This document shows, in pieces, positions 26,264 to 35,628 of a stretch of 40,938 nt of DNA. Origin of the DNA: a virus (lineage: Duplodnaviria > Caudoviricetes); the IMG/VR virus record IMGVR_UViG_3300048598_000523, positions 1 to 40,938 of that record. One strand, written 5' to 3'. Every line of letters begins with the position of its first letter. Position 1 is the stretch's first letter. The position numbers and the translations under genes were made by a program. A model generated the notes under the pieces. It ran no database searches. It saw only the letters and a list, made by a program, of their open reading frames with translations, and had not been told where the DNA came from.

Positions 26264-28386
26264 CAGAACGGCGTATCGCCTACATCACCACCATGTCCGC
26301 CTTCATCCTTGTCGCTGATTTTGATCGGATGACCCTCGCGATCGACGAAATCGCTCACGGTTCGGATCAGTTTAATATCCTGCCACCACATCACGTCGGA
26401 TTGTTTCTTTATGAAGCCGCGCTCTTCCATCGCCATGGAAAGACCCTTGTTGGTCCACACCTTCTCGCCCGATGATTTGCACCACGCCTCAAACACCTGA
26501 TGCAGCACGCTCGATTGCACGCGCGAATCCACCGAGGCCTCGACACACGTCGCAAGGAAGCGCCCGAGCGGATCGCTCGATGATCGATAGTCCGCGGTTG
26601 CCTTGGTCACCTCTTCCGGCTCGATGAGGCCTTTGTCGCACCAGTGGCGCAGGCCATCGAGCAGGCGGTTGAGAATGCCGCTGGCTTCCGAGCGCAGCTT
26701 TTCCGGCAAATGCGGGTCGCGCTCATCTTTCGGGATGGTCACATTGAACGGGACCAGGCGCACGCGACGCCAGATGCCTTCGTCGGTACCGGAGATCGTC
26801 GGCCGATAGTTGCCGGACATCGTGAGGTTGAACTGCGGATAGAACTTGAAGAAGTCCTTGTTCAGATGCCGCGCCAGAATAGGCTCGCCGCCGGTCACCA
26901 GTTTAATCATGGCTTCGGCGAGTTTCGAATTCTTCTCCGGCTCAGATGTGCGCAGCATGCGGACACCGGGCAGCATCGCCAAATCCGGCGTTGCCTGCCC
27001 CGCGCTGCGCGACTTGCCCTGATCGATAAAGGTTTCGATCGGCACCGTGTCGCCATAGTCGCCGGCGACGAAGCTCCAGACGTCGACCAGCACCGATTTG
27101 CCGTTGCCGCCCTTGCCATAGAGAAACGCCAGCTTCTGCTCGCTGACATCACCGGTGAGCGACAGCCCGCCCCATTGATGCAGGAACGCCCGCATCTCGA
27201 GCCGGGGCTGCACGCGCGCGAGGAACTTGTCGTATTCGTCACAGATCGCATCCGGGTCGAAATCGACCGGCGAGATTTTTGTGATCAGGTCATCAGGGTC
27301 ATGCGGCTTGAAGGTAACGTAATCGCCTTCGGACCTGCGCGCGATGATCAGCGTCCCGTTATTGACATTGATCTTGAACTTGTCGGCATCGAGCCTATCG
27401 ATCCCGATCGCGAAGTATGGCTCGCCGCGCTTGCTCAGTGCGCCGAGCTTGTTCACGGCCTCGGAGGCGCGGCCCCACTTGGCGATTTTGTCGGAATACA
27501 GAACCGGCTCGTCTTCGTCCGGCTCAACGACGAAGTCGCGGCCGTCGTCCTCGATGTCGTCTCGGCCGCTGTCGCGCACGGCATCGGCCTCGAACTGGAT
27601 CGCCCGAACCGTGTCATGCTCGGCAATCTTGACCAGGCTGTCGGCGTTGTCGCGGCTCCAGCGTTTGCCGTCCCATGCCAGCCAGCCCAGCGCCTTGCAC
27701 CATTTCAGGCGGTTCTTGTAACGCTCGCGAAAGCGTTCGGCGTTGCCGAGATCGGTCAGCGGAAAGAACGCCAGCCGCATGTTCAATTCGTCATCGCTTT
27801 CGGTCACGCGCGGCGGCTTGCCCGCGCCCTCTACACTCGCAGCAGAGGCTTTCGCCGACGATGCTCCCGTTTGGGAGCATTCCGATTTGCCCTCCCGGCT
27901 GGGAGGGACGGCAGCGGCGGCGGCCGAAGCGGGAGGCGAAGGCGACGGCGAGGAAGAAAGGGAAGGTTTAATGACGGCCGCTGGTCGCGGCCGACTTTGC
28001 GCCGCTGAGCGGCGCACCGGTGCCAGATCGCGCGGTTTCTTTATCCCGGCCTTCAACCCGGCAGTGATCGCGGACTTTACCGCGCGCGCCCTGAGATCGC
28101 GGATCAGCCCGCATGTCGCCGCAGCTTCCTCGAGCGCGGCCCGCGCGAAGCCCTCGTGAAGGGCGCCGGCGGCCGCCAGTTCGCCGATCGCCACGGCCGC
28201 GGCCGAGAGCTTCTCGGAACGAGCTTCGCCCTCGGCAGATCGCACCGCCACGAGCGCCGCATCGAGTTCAGCCAGGCCGAACGCGCGCACCGCTTCGTCG
28301 ATGGCCTTCTGGTCAATCGCATCAGGCTCGGCGAATGCCGGCGCGGCATCGATCAGCTTCAGGACTTCTATCGCGCCAGAGTTCAT
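26263..28386 (-). CDS. P4-family primase-associated SF3 helicase (D5 N and C regions)
   Basis: TDLGNAERF, Walker A YGKGGNGKS, IKLVTGGEPILARHLNKDFF and DEGIWRR motifs. Confidence 0.93.
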   Translation of the reverse strand: MNSGAIEVLKLIDAAPAFAEPDAIDQKAIDEAVRAFGLAELDAALVAVRSAEGEARSEKLSAAAVAIGELAAAGALHEGFARAALEEAAATCGLIRDLRARAVKSAITAGLKAGIKKPRDLAPVRRSAAQSRPRPAAVIKPSLSSSPSPSPPASAAAAAVPPSREGKSECSQTGASSAKASAASVEGAGKPPRVTESDDELNMRLAFFPLTDLGNAERFRERYKNRLKWCKALGWLAWDGKRWSRDNADSLVKIAEHDTVRAIQFEADAVRDSGRDDIEDDGRDFVVEPDEDEPVLYSDKIAKWGRASEAVNKLGALSKRGEPYFAIGIDRLDADKFKINVNNGTLIIARRSEGDYVTFKPHDPDDLITKISPVDFDPDAICDEYDKFLARVQPRLEMRAFLHQWGGLSLTGDVSEQKLAFLYGKGGNGKSVLVDVWSFVAGDYGDTVPIETFIDQGKSRSAGQATPDLAMLPGVRMLRTSEPEKNSKLAEAMIKLVTGGEPILARHLNKDFFKFYPQFNLTMSGNYRPTISGTDEGIWRRVRLVPFNVTIPKDERDPHLPEKLRSEASGILNRLLDGLRHWCDKGLIEPEEVTKATADYRSSSDPLGRFLATCVEASVDSRVQSSVLHQVFEAWCKSSGEKVWTNKGLSMAMEERGFIKKQSDVMWWQDIKLIRTVSDFVDREGHPIKISDKDEGGHGGDVGDTPF

Positions 28387-29555
28387 GCGGCAGCTTTCAG
28401 CACATCGTTAAAGTCGAGGCCTGCCGGCGCGAACACAATGCGGATCGTGCGACCGGGTTTCGCGTAACGGCGCGCGGCGCGATCCATCGCGCACTGCGTC
28501 AGAACAGGCTCGCTGTCGCCATCACCGAGCAGGATCAGCTCGTCGACAGAATCGGGGATCGACAAGCCACTGTCGTCAGGATCAGGGAACGGGCCCGGAA
28601 GCGATTGCGCGCGACCGTTCGGCCGCTTCAACGTAGGATGAGAAATGGTTTCTGTCGCGCGCCCGGCGAGATTGCCGAGGTCACCGGCCGCCCAGAACGC
28701 CATGTCGGAGACATCACGGCCGCACAAAGCGAACGCCGTATAGACCGCAAGCACGGTTTCGATGCCCTCGCCGATCACCAGCCGCTTTGGTGATGCCGGC
28801 GTCGGTGCGACACAGATGTGTGCGCCGATCTTGGAGCCGCGCATTTTCTTCGCGTTGAGGACTTCGCCGCTGTCGGGATCTGTGAGTTCGATCTTCACCG
28901 GCGCGGCATCGGCGGTCAGCCAGGTCATATGCAGCCCGCCGAAATGTCCGTCCGGCCGGATGAATGCTGCGAGCATCGCAGGCCCGCTGTGGATCTGACA
29001 CGCCGATTTGCGGCCGCGCTCGTTGATCTCTTCACCGTGGAAATAAGGTGCCTTGGGAAGATAGCGCAGGCCCGGACATCGCGGCGGCAAGTGCAGCGCG
29101 CGGCCGCCGAGATAGGCCGCAGCATGGGTGCCCTGAATGTCGAGCGCAGAGGTCCACGTCTTCCAGAGGCGCTTGCGTTCGGCCTCGCGATACTGTTCCG
29201 CCACAAGCTCGCGCGCCAGGCGCTTGCTTTCGCGCTCGTTGATCAGCCGCTGCATCTGGGCCGGATCGGCGACCTCGCGCCCGCCCAGCCGCTCGACGGC
29301 ATGGAGGAACGAACAACCTTCGACCTTCTCGACCAGCCGGATGACGTCACCGCCGTCCTGGCACACCGCGCAGACCCAGCTCTCGGTCTTTTCGATCACC
29401 TCGAAGCGCTGCGACGTAACGCGGCCGCCGCAGATCGGACACGGGCCGACCAGCCTGCCGGCGGCGCGCCGCAACTGGACATATCCGCCGGCGACGCTCG
29501 CGAGCGGATTGCGTGCCCGCACATCGTCAAGGTCGTGTTTCTTGCGGCCGCTCAT
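28383..29555 (-). CDS. DNA primase (zinc finger plus Toprim)
   Basis: GPCPICGG...WVCAVC...GGDVI, IGEGIET and LLGDGD motifs. Confidence 0.9.
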   Translation of the reverse strand: MSGRKKHDLDDVRARNPLASVAGGYVQLRRAAGRLVGPCPICGGRVTSQRFEVIEKTESWVCAVCQDGGDVIRLVEKVEGCSFLHAVERLGGREVADPAQMQRLINERESKRLARELVAEQYREAERKRLWKTWTSALDIQGTHAAAYLGGRALHLPPRCPGLRYLPKAPYFHGEEINERGRKSACQIHSGPAMLAAFIRPDGHFGGLHMTWLTADAAPVKIELTDPDSGEVLNAKKMRGSKIGAHICVAPTPASPKRLVIGEGIETVLAVYTAFALCGRDVSDMAFWAAGDLGNLAGRATETISHPTLKRPNGRAQSLPGPFPDPDDSGLSIPDSVDELILLGDGDSEPVLTQCAMDRAARRYAKPGRTIRIVFAPAGLDFNDVLKAAA

Positions 29556-29767
29556 TTCCGGGTCAGGCGCTCCAGAACCAATGTGTCGTTCTTGATAAGT
29601 TCGATCAGCCGCACGATGCCGTCGAAGTCATCGCGCAGCGCGAGCTGCCCCCTGTCCGGCTCAGTCCGAATGCCGGCTTCGACGAGCGCGGCCTGCACGA
29701 TCTCGATGTGGCCCGCTTCGGCGGCCGCCGCCGCGCTCATGCGATCGAAGGTTGTCGAGCCGGTCAT
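29552..29767 (-). CDS. Hypothetical protein
   Basis: ATGA-coupled on both sides within the early operon. Confidence 0.7.
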   Translation of the reverse strand: MTGSTTFDRMSAAAAAEAGHIEIVQAALVEAGIRTEPDRGQLALRDDFDGIVRLIELIKNDTLVLERLTRK

Positions 29768-30105
29768 GCGCGACCCTCAGGCTGAATGATGTCAATCAGT
29801 CCGTCCGGGAGAACATTGTCACGGGTCTTCTGCTCGACTTCATCGGCGAGAGAGCGTAGTTCCGGTGCAACCCATTCAAGGCCGGTAATCGTGCCGGCAT
29901 ACTCGCGGCTGCGATGCTGCTTGTCGTAAGTATCCGCCAACCCTCGCGCCTCACCCGGTGCGAGATGCAGCATCGCGGTATGGACATTCATCGCAATGCG
30001 CCAACCTTTCTTCTGAATCCAGACGAGGCCGACCACGAGCTGCGCGCCTTCCGGCGCCCGCGCGACAGCCAAGCCGAATTTTCGAAATGCCTTATTAGGT
30101 TTCAT
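29764..30105 (-). CDS. Hypothetical protein
   Basis: Start MKPNKAF (30105), ATGA-coupled. Confidence 0.7.
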   Translation of the reverse strand: MKPNKAFRKFGLAVARAPEGAQLVVGLVWIQKKGWRIAMNVHTAMLHLAPGEARGLADTYDKQHRSREYAGTITGLEWVAPELRSLADEVEQKTRDNVLPDGLIDIIQPEGRA

Positions 30106-30557
30106 GCGAAGCCATCCTTTTTGGCCTCGGCAATCCAGTCGATCGCGGTGCCGCGTATCCACGACGCGAGGTATTCGTCAGCGCAGGTAAATTCCCACTC
30201 GTCGTATTCGTAGCTGGTGTTTTCCCACACGCCGCGCGTGCCGACAGGAACGATCGGATCGAAATTCTCGTCGTGCCGCCCGCAATAGCAGCTCCATTCC
30301 GTTGTCTCGGTCTGCACCGATATCTCAGCGCGAGAAAGTGCGACGATTTCCTCAAAGGTGTAAGCATCCCAGCGTTTGCCATCCTTGTCGTGGACCGTGC
30401 AGGTGTGGCCGTAGGAAATTTCATGAACGCGCGGGCATCCACATGCCTGCAGCGGGACGAGAACGGCCGCCGCTGCGGGCGATACTGCCTCGCAGATGAT
30501 GAGGCTGGCGGTCGCACCGGCACCCTTGAGCAACTGTCGTCGGCTAGTCTTCTGCAT
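30102..30557 (-). CDS. Cys/His-rich protein with twin-arginine-like signal peptide
   Basis: Start MQKTSRRQLLKGAGATASLII...PAAAA; CGC, CYCGRH. Confidence 0.65.
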   Translation of the reverse strand: MQKTSRRQLLKGAGATASLIICEAVSPAAAAVLVPLQACGCPRVHEISYGHTCTVHDKDGKRWDAYTFEEIVALSRAEISVQTETTEWSCYCGRHDENFDPIVPVGTRGVWENTSYEYDEWEFTCADEYLASWIRGTAIDWIAEAKKDGFA

Positions 30558-30837
30558 CCGCCGTCTCCGCATTTGGCCGCAAGTCCGCGGCGTTGAGCCA
30601 GTCATTGATGAGGGATCGAATCTTGCGATGTGCTTCGTCGCGATCGCGCGCGGGATGCCATCGCCCAATGGTTGCGATCAGCGGCAGATAGAGCTGAAAG
30701 CAGATCGGGTAGAGACTGCGAGGATCGTGCACAGGCCCGATCTCGCCGACCTGGACGCGGCCGAGCGAGACAGACTCGCGCCCTGCCGGCAGTGCTGTGA
30801 ACACCACCGGCCCGTCAGTATGCAGTTCCGTTCCCAT
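30544..30837 (-). CDS. Hypothetical protein
   Basis: Tiles the early operon downstream of the ParB-like gene. Confidence 0.65.
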   Translation of the reverse strand: MGTELHTDGPVVFTALPAGRESVSLGRVQVGEIGPVHDPRSLYPICFQLYLPLIATIGRWHPARDRDEAHRKIRSLINDWLNAADLRPNAETADAED

Positions 30838-30860
30838 GATCCGCTTTCAGCAGTTGGCGT

Positions 30861-32750
30861 TCAGCGCTTGCTCTTCTTCTTTGCCGTTTTCTTCACGGTC
30901 TTCTTTTTCGCCGCCCTGGCTGTCTTCTTTGCGGGTACCTTCGCGGCGGTCTTCTTCGCGGGCGGTCCGTCATAGCCCTTGGCCCGCAGTTGCGCCGGCA
31001 GCCAGCCGGTGTCCGGGACGTTCTCGATGGCGAACGCGGCGATCTCCAGTTTCGAGTTGTTGGCCTGCTGCCGCGCGGCGTCAGGGCCGAGGGCTTCCCC
31101 GATCGCCGTCAGACACAGCGCCTTGTTCACGCCGCCGAAATAGTCCTTGGCATCGAAGGCTCCGCGGAGCGCCGCGTTCAGGGCCTTGGGATCGATCTCA
31201 TTGCAGATCGCGCGGACGTCGTCCGCTTCGCCGTACTCATCCCCATCGAGCGAGACATTCTCGAAGCTCAGCGCACCGGCGGTCACGGCCGCGACCATCT
31301 CGAGTCGCTCCGCAGGTTTCATCTTCTTGAAGAGTTCGATGTTGATCGGCAGTTCTTCCTGTCCCGTCAGATCCAGTGTCGACGATCCGAGCCCGAGTGC
31401 ATTGACCCGCACCGAGTTGCCATGCGAGGCGAACGCCGCCAGCATCAGGATCAGCGCCAGTTCAGGGTCCTGCAGCAGCGCGGTTGCCGTTCCGCGCGTC
31501 AGTTGCACCGAAAGCCGATGCTTCAGCGCGTTGGAAATCTCTGGCTCTTCCGGAGCTTCAGTCGCTTTGGCGGATGGTTTCTTAACCTCCGGAGCCGCGC
31601 CGGCAGTGGGTGCGGCCGCAGCAGCGGCCTTGGTCGACGTCACCACCGGCCGCGAGATGCCATATTCGATGGTCAGAGCACCGTCGTGATCGACGTCGAC
31701 CACGCAACCGAGCTTCGCCATCTGCTTCGCGGTGAAGCCGCGGGGACGAACGCGAGCTTCCAGCGCAGTCAGTTGATCCTGCAATTCGTCGTCATCGCCG
31801 TAGTCAGCGTCAGCGTCATTCTCGATGTCGCCGATCTTGCGTTGCAGATCCTCTGCAAGTGCACGTTCTTCGTCGGTGAAATAGTCCTGCACCTTCACTT
31901 TGGTAACCGGCCAAGTGTAATACGACGCTGGCAGATCATCCTTCTTCGACGCCCACATCCAGCCCACATCGACCAGCTTTTGGCATTCCGCCTGCAGCCG
32001 CTCCGCGACCATCGCATTCAACAAACCCGCATCCGAAACAATGTGGTTGTTCTTGAACAGATCGACGATGACTGAGCCGCCACGCGCCTCATAGGCCTCG
32101 CGGCCGACAAACTCGACCGCCGCGCCGGCATCCGTTCCGTTGCCGGCGAGTTCTTCGCGAACCGTCGACACACTGAGATGACTTTCCTTCCGCAGCTTGG
32201 CGTAGACCTTTTCTTGGGTCTTGCGGTCGCCGGTGAGCGTGAACGCCTGGGCGACTTCGGTGCGGATGTTGCCGGCGCGCCAGTCATCACGGATCTTCGG
32301 AGAGAGTTTGCCGAGCGCCAGCGCCTGCAGCACTTCCTTTTCGGTCATGCCGTATTGCCGCGCGATCTCTTCATGCGTCTTGCCGATATCGTCGAGCCGC
32401 GCGAACGCCTCGTACTGGTCGACCGGATGAAGCTGCCGCGCGGTGACCGCGGTCGTCAGCGAATCCTCGAACGCGGCCGCGTCGTCGCCCTCGCGCAGCG
32501 TGCACGGGATCGGCCGATCGCTGTCCTTGCCGTAAATCTGATGAAACGCCGCGAGGCGGCGATTGCCGTTGCTGACATAATAATGACTATCCTTGCCAGC
32601 CTTGACGATGAGGTTTTCGATCTGGCCGCGCGCAAACAGATTTGCCGCCAGTTCTTCGATGCCCTCCAGACGGCCAGCCACGCGGGCATTGATGCCGGCG
32701 GCGGCGTCGTGTCCGAACTTCAGCTTATTGAGAGGCACTTGGATATCCAT
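30861..32750 (-). CDS. ParB/RepB/Spo0J-family protein with histone-like basic tail
   Basis: INAR...GQIENLIV...NGNRRLAA, LHPVDQYEAF...EEIARQYG HTH; C-terminal PAKKTAAK repeats. Confidence 0.9.
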   Translation of the reverse strand: MDIQVPLNKLKFGHDAAAGINARVAGRLEGIEELAANLFARGQIENLIVKAGKDSHYYVSNGNRRLAAFHQIYGKDSDRPIPCTLREGDDAAAFEDSLTTAVTARQLHPVDQYEAFARLDDIGKTHEEIARQYGMTEKEVLQALALGKLSPKIRDDWRAGNIRTEVAQAFTLTGDRKTQEKVYAKLRKESHLSVSTVREELAGNGTDAGAAVEFVGREAYEARGGSVIVDLFKNNHIVSDAGLLNAMVAERLQAECQKLVDVGWMWASKKDDLPASYYTWPVTKVKVQDYFTDEERALAEDLQRKIGDIENDADADYGDDDELQDQLTALEARVRPRGFTAKQMAKLGCVVDVDHDGALTIEYGISRPVVTSTKAAAAAAPTAGAAPEVKKPSAKATEAPEEPEISNALKHRLSVQLTRGTATALLQDPELALILMLAAFASHGNSVRVNALGLGSSTLDLTGQEELPINIELFKKMKPAERLEMVAAVTAGALSFENVSLDGDEYGEADDVRAICNEIDPKALNAALRGAFDAKDYFGGVNKALCLTAIGEALGPDAARQQANNSKLEIAAFAIENVPDTGWLPAQLRAKGYDGPPAKKTAAKVPAKKTARAAKKKTVKKTAKKKSKR

Positions 32751-32763
32751 AACTTTCTCTCCG

Positions 32764-33075
32764 TCAGGTTTTTGCAGATTGGGATTTTTTCAGGTGTTGC
32801 ATGGCGACCTCTGCTAGATCGCCGTCGCTTCGCCCGTCGCTGATGGCAGTCAACAGCGCAATACCAAGATCGACAGGATCGAATTTCTCCCCGCAGTAGA
32901 TCGACAGACACGCGGTGCCGATCGCGAGGCCACGCATGACGGATTCTATCGAGATCATCAGTTGATCGAGAGGATGGTCGACGAGTGCCATCTTCCGGTA
33001 AATTTCTGCGCAGGTCCGGTCGGCACATTCATGCGCGAGGTCCTTCACGATCGCGAGCGGCAATTGTTCCTTCAT
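32764..33075 (-). CDS. Hypothetical protein
   Basis: Start MKEQLPL with GGAGGA RBS, ATGA-coupled. Confidence 0.7.
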   Translation of the reverse strand: MKEQLPLAIVKDLAHECADRTCAEIYRKMALVDHPLDQLMISIESVMRGLAIGTACLSIYCGEKFDPVDLGIALLTAISDGRSDGDLAEVAMQHLKKSQSAKT

Positions 33076-33419
33076 GAATCTTCCTCCAGAAGATCGGCAG
33101 CAAAGCCCATCGGCGACGCCGGCGAGCCATCCGGGTTGCGCTTGAGCGCGCGGCGAACGACATCGGGCGGACAACCGAACTGGAGCGCGAGCGACATCAG
33201 GATCGCGGCATCGCTGCACATCATGTCGAGAATGGAATTTGGCTTCTGCGCGTTGATGAAGACTTCCGCGATCGGCCCGAGCCGGGCAATGCGATGATCT
33301 GAATGCTCTTCAATATTCACGAGATCGCGCCCGAATCCGATCTTGAAGCGCTGATCGAACATTTCTGTCGCAACAGTTTCGTGCAAACGGCGATTCGCGA
33401 GGCGAAGGCGTTCAGACAT
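33072..33419 (-). CDS. Stand-alone TSCPD-like domain (resembles the C-terminal region of class II ribonucleotide reductase)
   Basis: RLRLANRR...IAEVFINAQKPNS...DAAILMSLALQFGCP; GGAGGC RBS. Confidence 0.7.
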   Translation of the reverse strand: MSERLRLANRRLHETVATEMFDQRFKIGFGRDLVNIEEHSDHRIARLGPIAEVFINAQKPNSILDMMCSDAAILMSLALQFGCPPDVVRRALKRNPDGSPASPMGFAADLLEEDS

Positions 33420-33525
33420 TCTCGCCTCCGGCAAGAATTCGCGCGCGACGCCGTGCCCGATTGGCACGTCGCTTCGCAACCTTCTTGCGACGGCGTTTCT
33501 CTTTGCCGGTTTTGTGTCGGCTCAT
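33412..33525 (-). CDS. 37-aa Arg/Lys-rich peptide
   Basis: MSRHKTGKEKRRRKKVAKRRANRARRRARILAGGENV; ATG overlaps the upstream stop (ATGA), stop overlaps the downstream start. Confidence 0.65.
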   Translation of the reverse strand: MSRHKTGKEKRRRKKVAKRRANRARRRARILAGGENV

Positions 33526-33734
33526 CGGCGCACCGCATCCAACGCAGCCCGGAGTTGCCGCAGGTTTTCGTCGGTGAGACTGTGAATTTGCTCGCCTTCG
33601 TCCCTCTGAGAAACGGGATGCGATTTGATCCGCCACATGACCTTGCCATCATAATTTTTGTAGTAAGTCGCCTCGACAAGGCGACCATATGCATCGACGC
33701 CGATCTTCACTTTTTGCTCGACGAGATCCGGCAT
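33522..33734 (-). CDS. Hypothetical protein
   Basis: TAATG coupling to the methyltransferase gene; GAGGA RBS. Confidence 0.7.
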   Translation of the reverse strand: MPDLVEQKVKIGVDAYGRLVEATYYKNYDGKVMWRIKSHPVSQRDEGEQIHSLTDENLRQLRAALDAVRR

Positions 33735-34786
33735 TACGCAGTCCTCCCCGTGAATTCGAGTTCATCGCCCCAACTCATCCAGCCCTTGCGTAGCCGGCGT
33801 GCATTGAGTTCGAGATATTCGCCCTTGGTTAGCCGCTCGATGCGATCGAGCCATTCGTCGGGCTTGCGGGAATGCTCCATCACCGGCGCGACGATGAGCT
33901 GGTGCACGTCGGCATAGAGCCGCTTCGGTGCCCCCTTCGTCGCGAGCCAGCATTGTTCGGGATTGGCACGGGTCCAGTAGCCCTGTCCCATGTGCCAGCC
34001 CTCACCGGATTGATTCATCTTGACCCAGGTGAACGCTGTGGTGACGTGGCGCAGACCCCAATGCGCGAGCAGATCGAGCGCATCCTGCGGACACCAGTCA
34101 ACCATCCACATGTAGAATGCACCGTCATCGGCCAGCAGCTCGTTGACCGGCAGGTTTTTGATCTTCTCGACTTCCTCGGTTTTGTAATGGGCGTTTGCCG
34201 ATCGGCCGTCGCCTTCGGCCGAGCGCGTCAGAAACTTCCATTGCGGATCGGCGCCGATTGAGCCCGCGCGGTAACCCGACTGAGCCAGCCTTCCCAGATC
34301 CGCGACGCAGCCGCCGGTCAGCGCGCGCGCAGCATGCGCGGCGCGCCGCGCCGCGAGCTCGCCGTCCTTCCGCGCCTGGTCGATCGGATCGACCATGATG
34401 GCCTTGCCAGATGCCATCCGCTCGCGCATGCCGGTGATAATGGTTTCAAATTCCGGCTCCGGCAGCGCCGCTGCCCGCTGCGCCTTGGCCGCCAGCTTGC
34501 GATCGACGCCGATCTCCGCCAGCGTCGCGACGCCGTCACCATCGCTCTTTCGACGGCCCCGCTCGGCGAGTTCACCCTGTTCCTTTGCCGCCTGCAGCAG
34601 CACACCCAGCCGCCGCTCGATCCGCATCTGGAATGCCGAGGCCTCGGCCATCAAAACACGATCGCGGATCTGGCGCGCATGCAGCTTGATGTGTTCAATC
34701 TCATCGCGCAGCGGAAGCACCTGCTCCACGCGCGTGGCATCCGCGAGCGCGGCCCGTGCCCGTTCGTATTGCGCAAGCATTGTCAT
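33734..34786 (-). CDS. MT-A70-family N6-adenine methyltransferase with N-terminal helical extension
   Basis: ADPQW, AHYKT, AFTWVK, GQGYWTRANPEQC, HSRKPDE and YLELNAR...GWMSWGDE motifs. Confidence 0.92.
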   Translation of the reverse strand: MTMLAQYERARAALADATRVEQVLPLRDEIEHIKLHARQIRDRVLMAEASAFQMRIERRLGVLLQAAKEQGELAERGRRKSDGDGVATLAEIGVDRKLAAKAQRAAALPEPEFETIITGMRERMASGKAIMVDPIDQARKDGELAARRAAHAARALTGGCVADLGRLAQSGYRAGSIGADPQWKFLTRSAEGDGRSANAHYKTEEVEKIKNLPVNELLADDGAFYMWMVDWCPQDALDLLAHWGLRHVTTAFTWVKMNQSGEGWHMGQGYWTRANPEQCWLATKGAPKRLYADVHQLIVAPVMEHSRKPDEWLDRIERLTKGEYLELNARRLRKGWMSWGDELEFTGRTA

Positions 34787-35628
34787 GGAGACACCGGCAA
34801 CGTGGACTCGAGATGTGATCCGATCTTGTCGACCAGGGCATTCCCGATGGAGCAGCCCTCGCTGATCGCGGCCGACCGCGCCTCATTGAACGCGACGGCA
34901 AAATCGAAGGTCTGCATCGCGAAGATCAAGCGCTTCAGGTCATCAGCCCAGGACGGCTCCGCTTCGAGGACCGCACACAGAGCCTCCACGATCTGGGCCC
35001 GGATCATGCCGGGATTGCCCTTGCGGGTTTTCGTGATGCAGCTCAATGCCGCCACAAAGACGTCGCGGCCGTACTTCGTCAGCAAGCCTTGCAGGACGCC
35101 GCAGGCCAGCGTCTCGCCGGGCTTCATTTTGTTTCCCGGCACCGGATAACGACAGATCGTGACATCGGCCATTGCGCAGGCCTCGGCCAAGGCCAGCGCC
35201 TTCGGCTCACCGGAGGCAATCCGCGCAGCGTGCAACTGCAGGCTGCTCATCGCCGTGACGTTGCCGTTCACCGCTGCGAACGCCTCCGCCTGTTTTCGCC
35301 GATCGGCATCTACGATCTGGCAGGGCACCTGCTTGTGTCCGCACAGCGCCGCCGCGGTCGCGCGGTGCTGGCCGTCGATGATGGCAAATAGCCCACCGGC
35401 GATCGGCGAGACGATCACGGGCGCAAATTTCGCCCACTCGAAAGCCCGCGCGATGGCAATGATATTCTTTTCACCGGCGCGCAGAACATGGCGCTGATAA
35501 CTCGGGTCAATCCGAAGTAGCGTGATCGACACCCATTGCAGCGTCGGTCTCGGACCGTTGTCGGGCTGCAATGAACCGCCGAATCGACCGCTAAATGGTT
35601 TCAGATCGATGCGTCGGAGTTCGGTCAT
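34783..35628 (-). CDS. ParB N-terminal-like domain protein (DUF6551-like)
   Basis: Start MTELRRI; LRIDPSYQR, FEWAKFAPVIVS and IIDGQHRATAA motifs. Confidence 0.85.
   Translation of the reverse strand: MTELRRIDLKPFSGRFGGSLQPDNGPRPTLQWVSITLLRIDPSYQRHVLRAGEKNIIAIARAFEWAKFAPVIVSPIAGGLFAIIDGQHRATAAALCGHKQVPCQIVDADRRKQAEAFAAVNGNVTAMSSLQLHAARIASGEPKALALAEACAMADVTICRYPVPGNKMKPGETLACGVLQGLLTKYGRDVFVAALSCITKTRKGNPGMIRAQIVEALCAVLEAEPSWADDLKRLIFAMQTFDFAVAFNEARSAAISEGCSIGNALVDKIGSHLESTLPVSP

Noticed and set aside
26644-28008. Long plus-strand ORFs (also 4737-5858, 19051-19929, 28818-29789, 30990-32075)
   Set aside because: Antisense shadows of real high-GC genes, with no motifs or RBS
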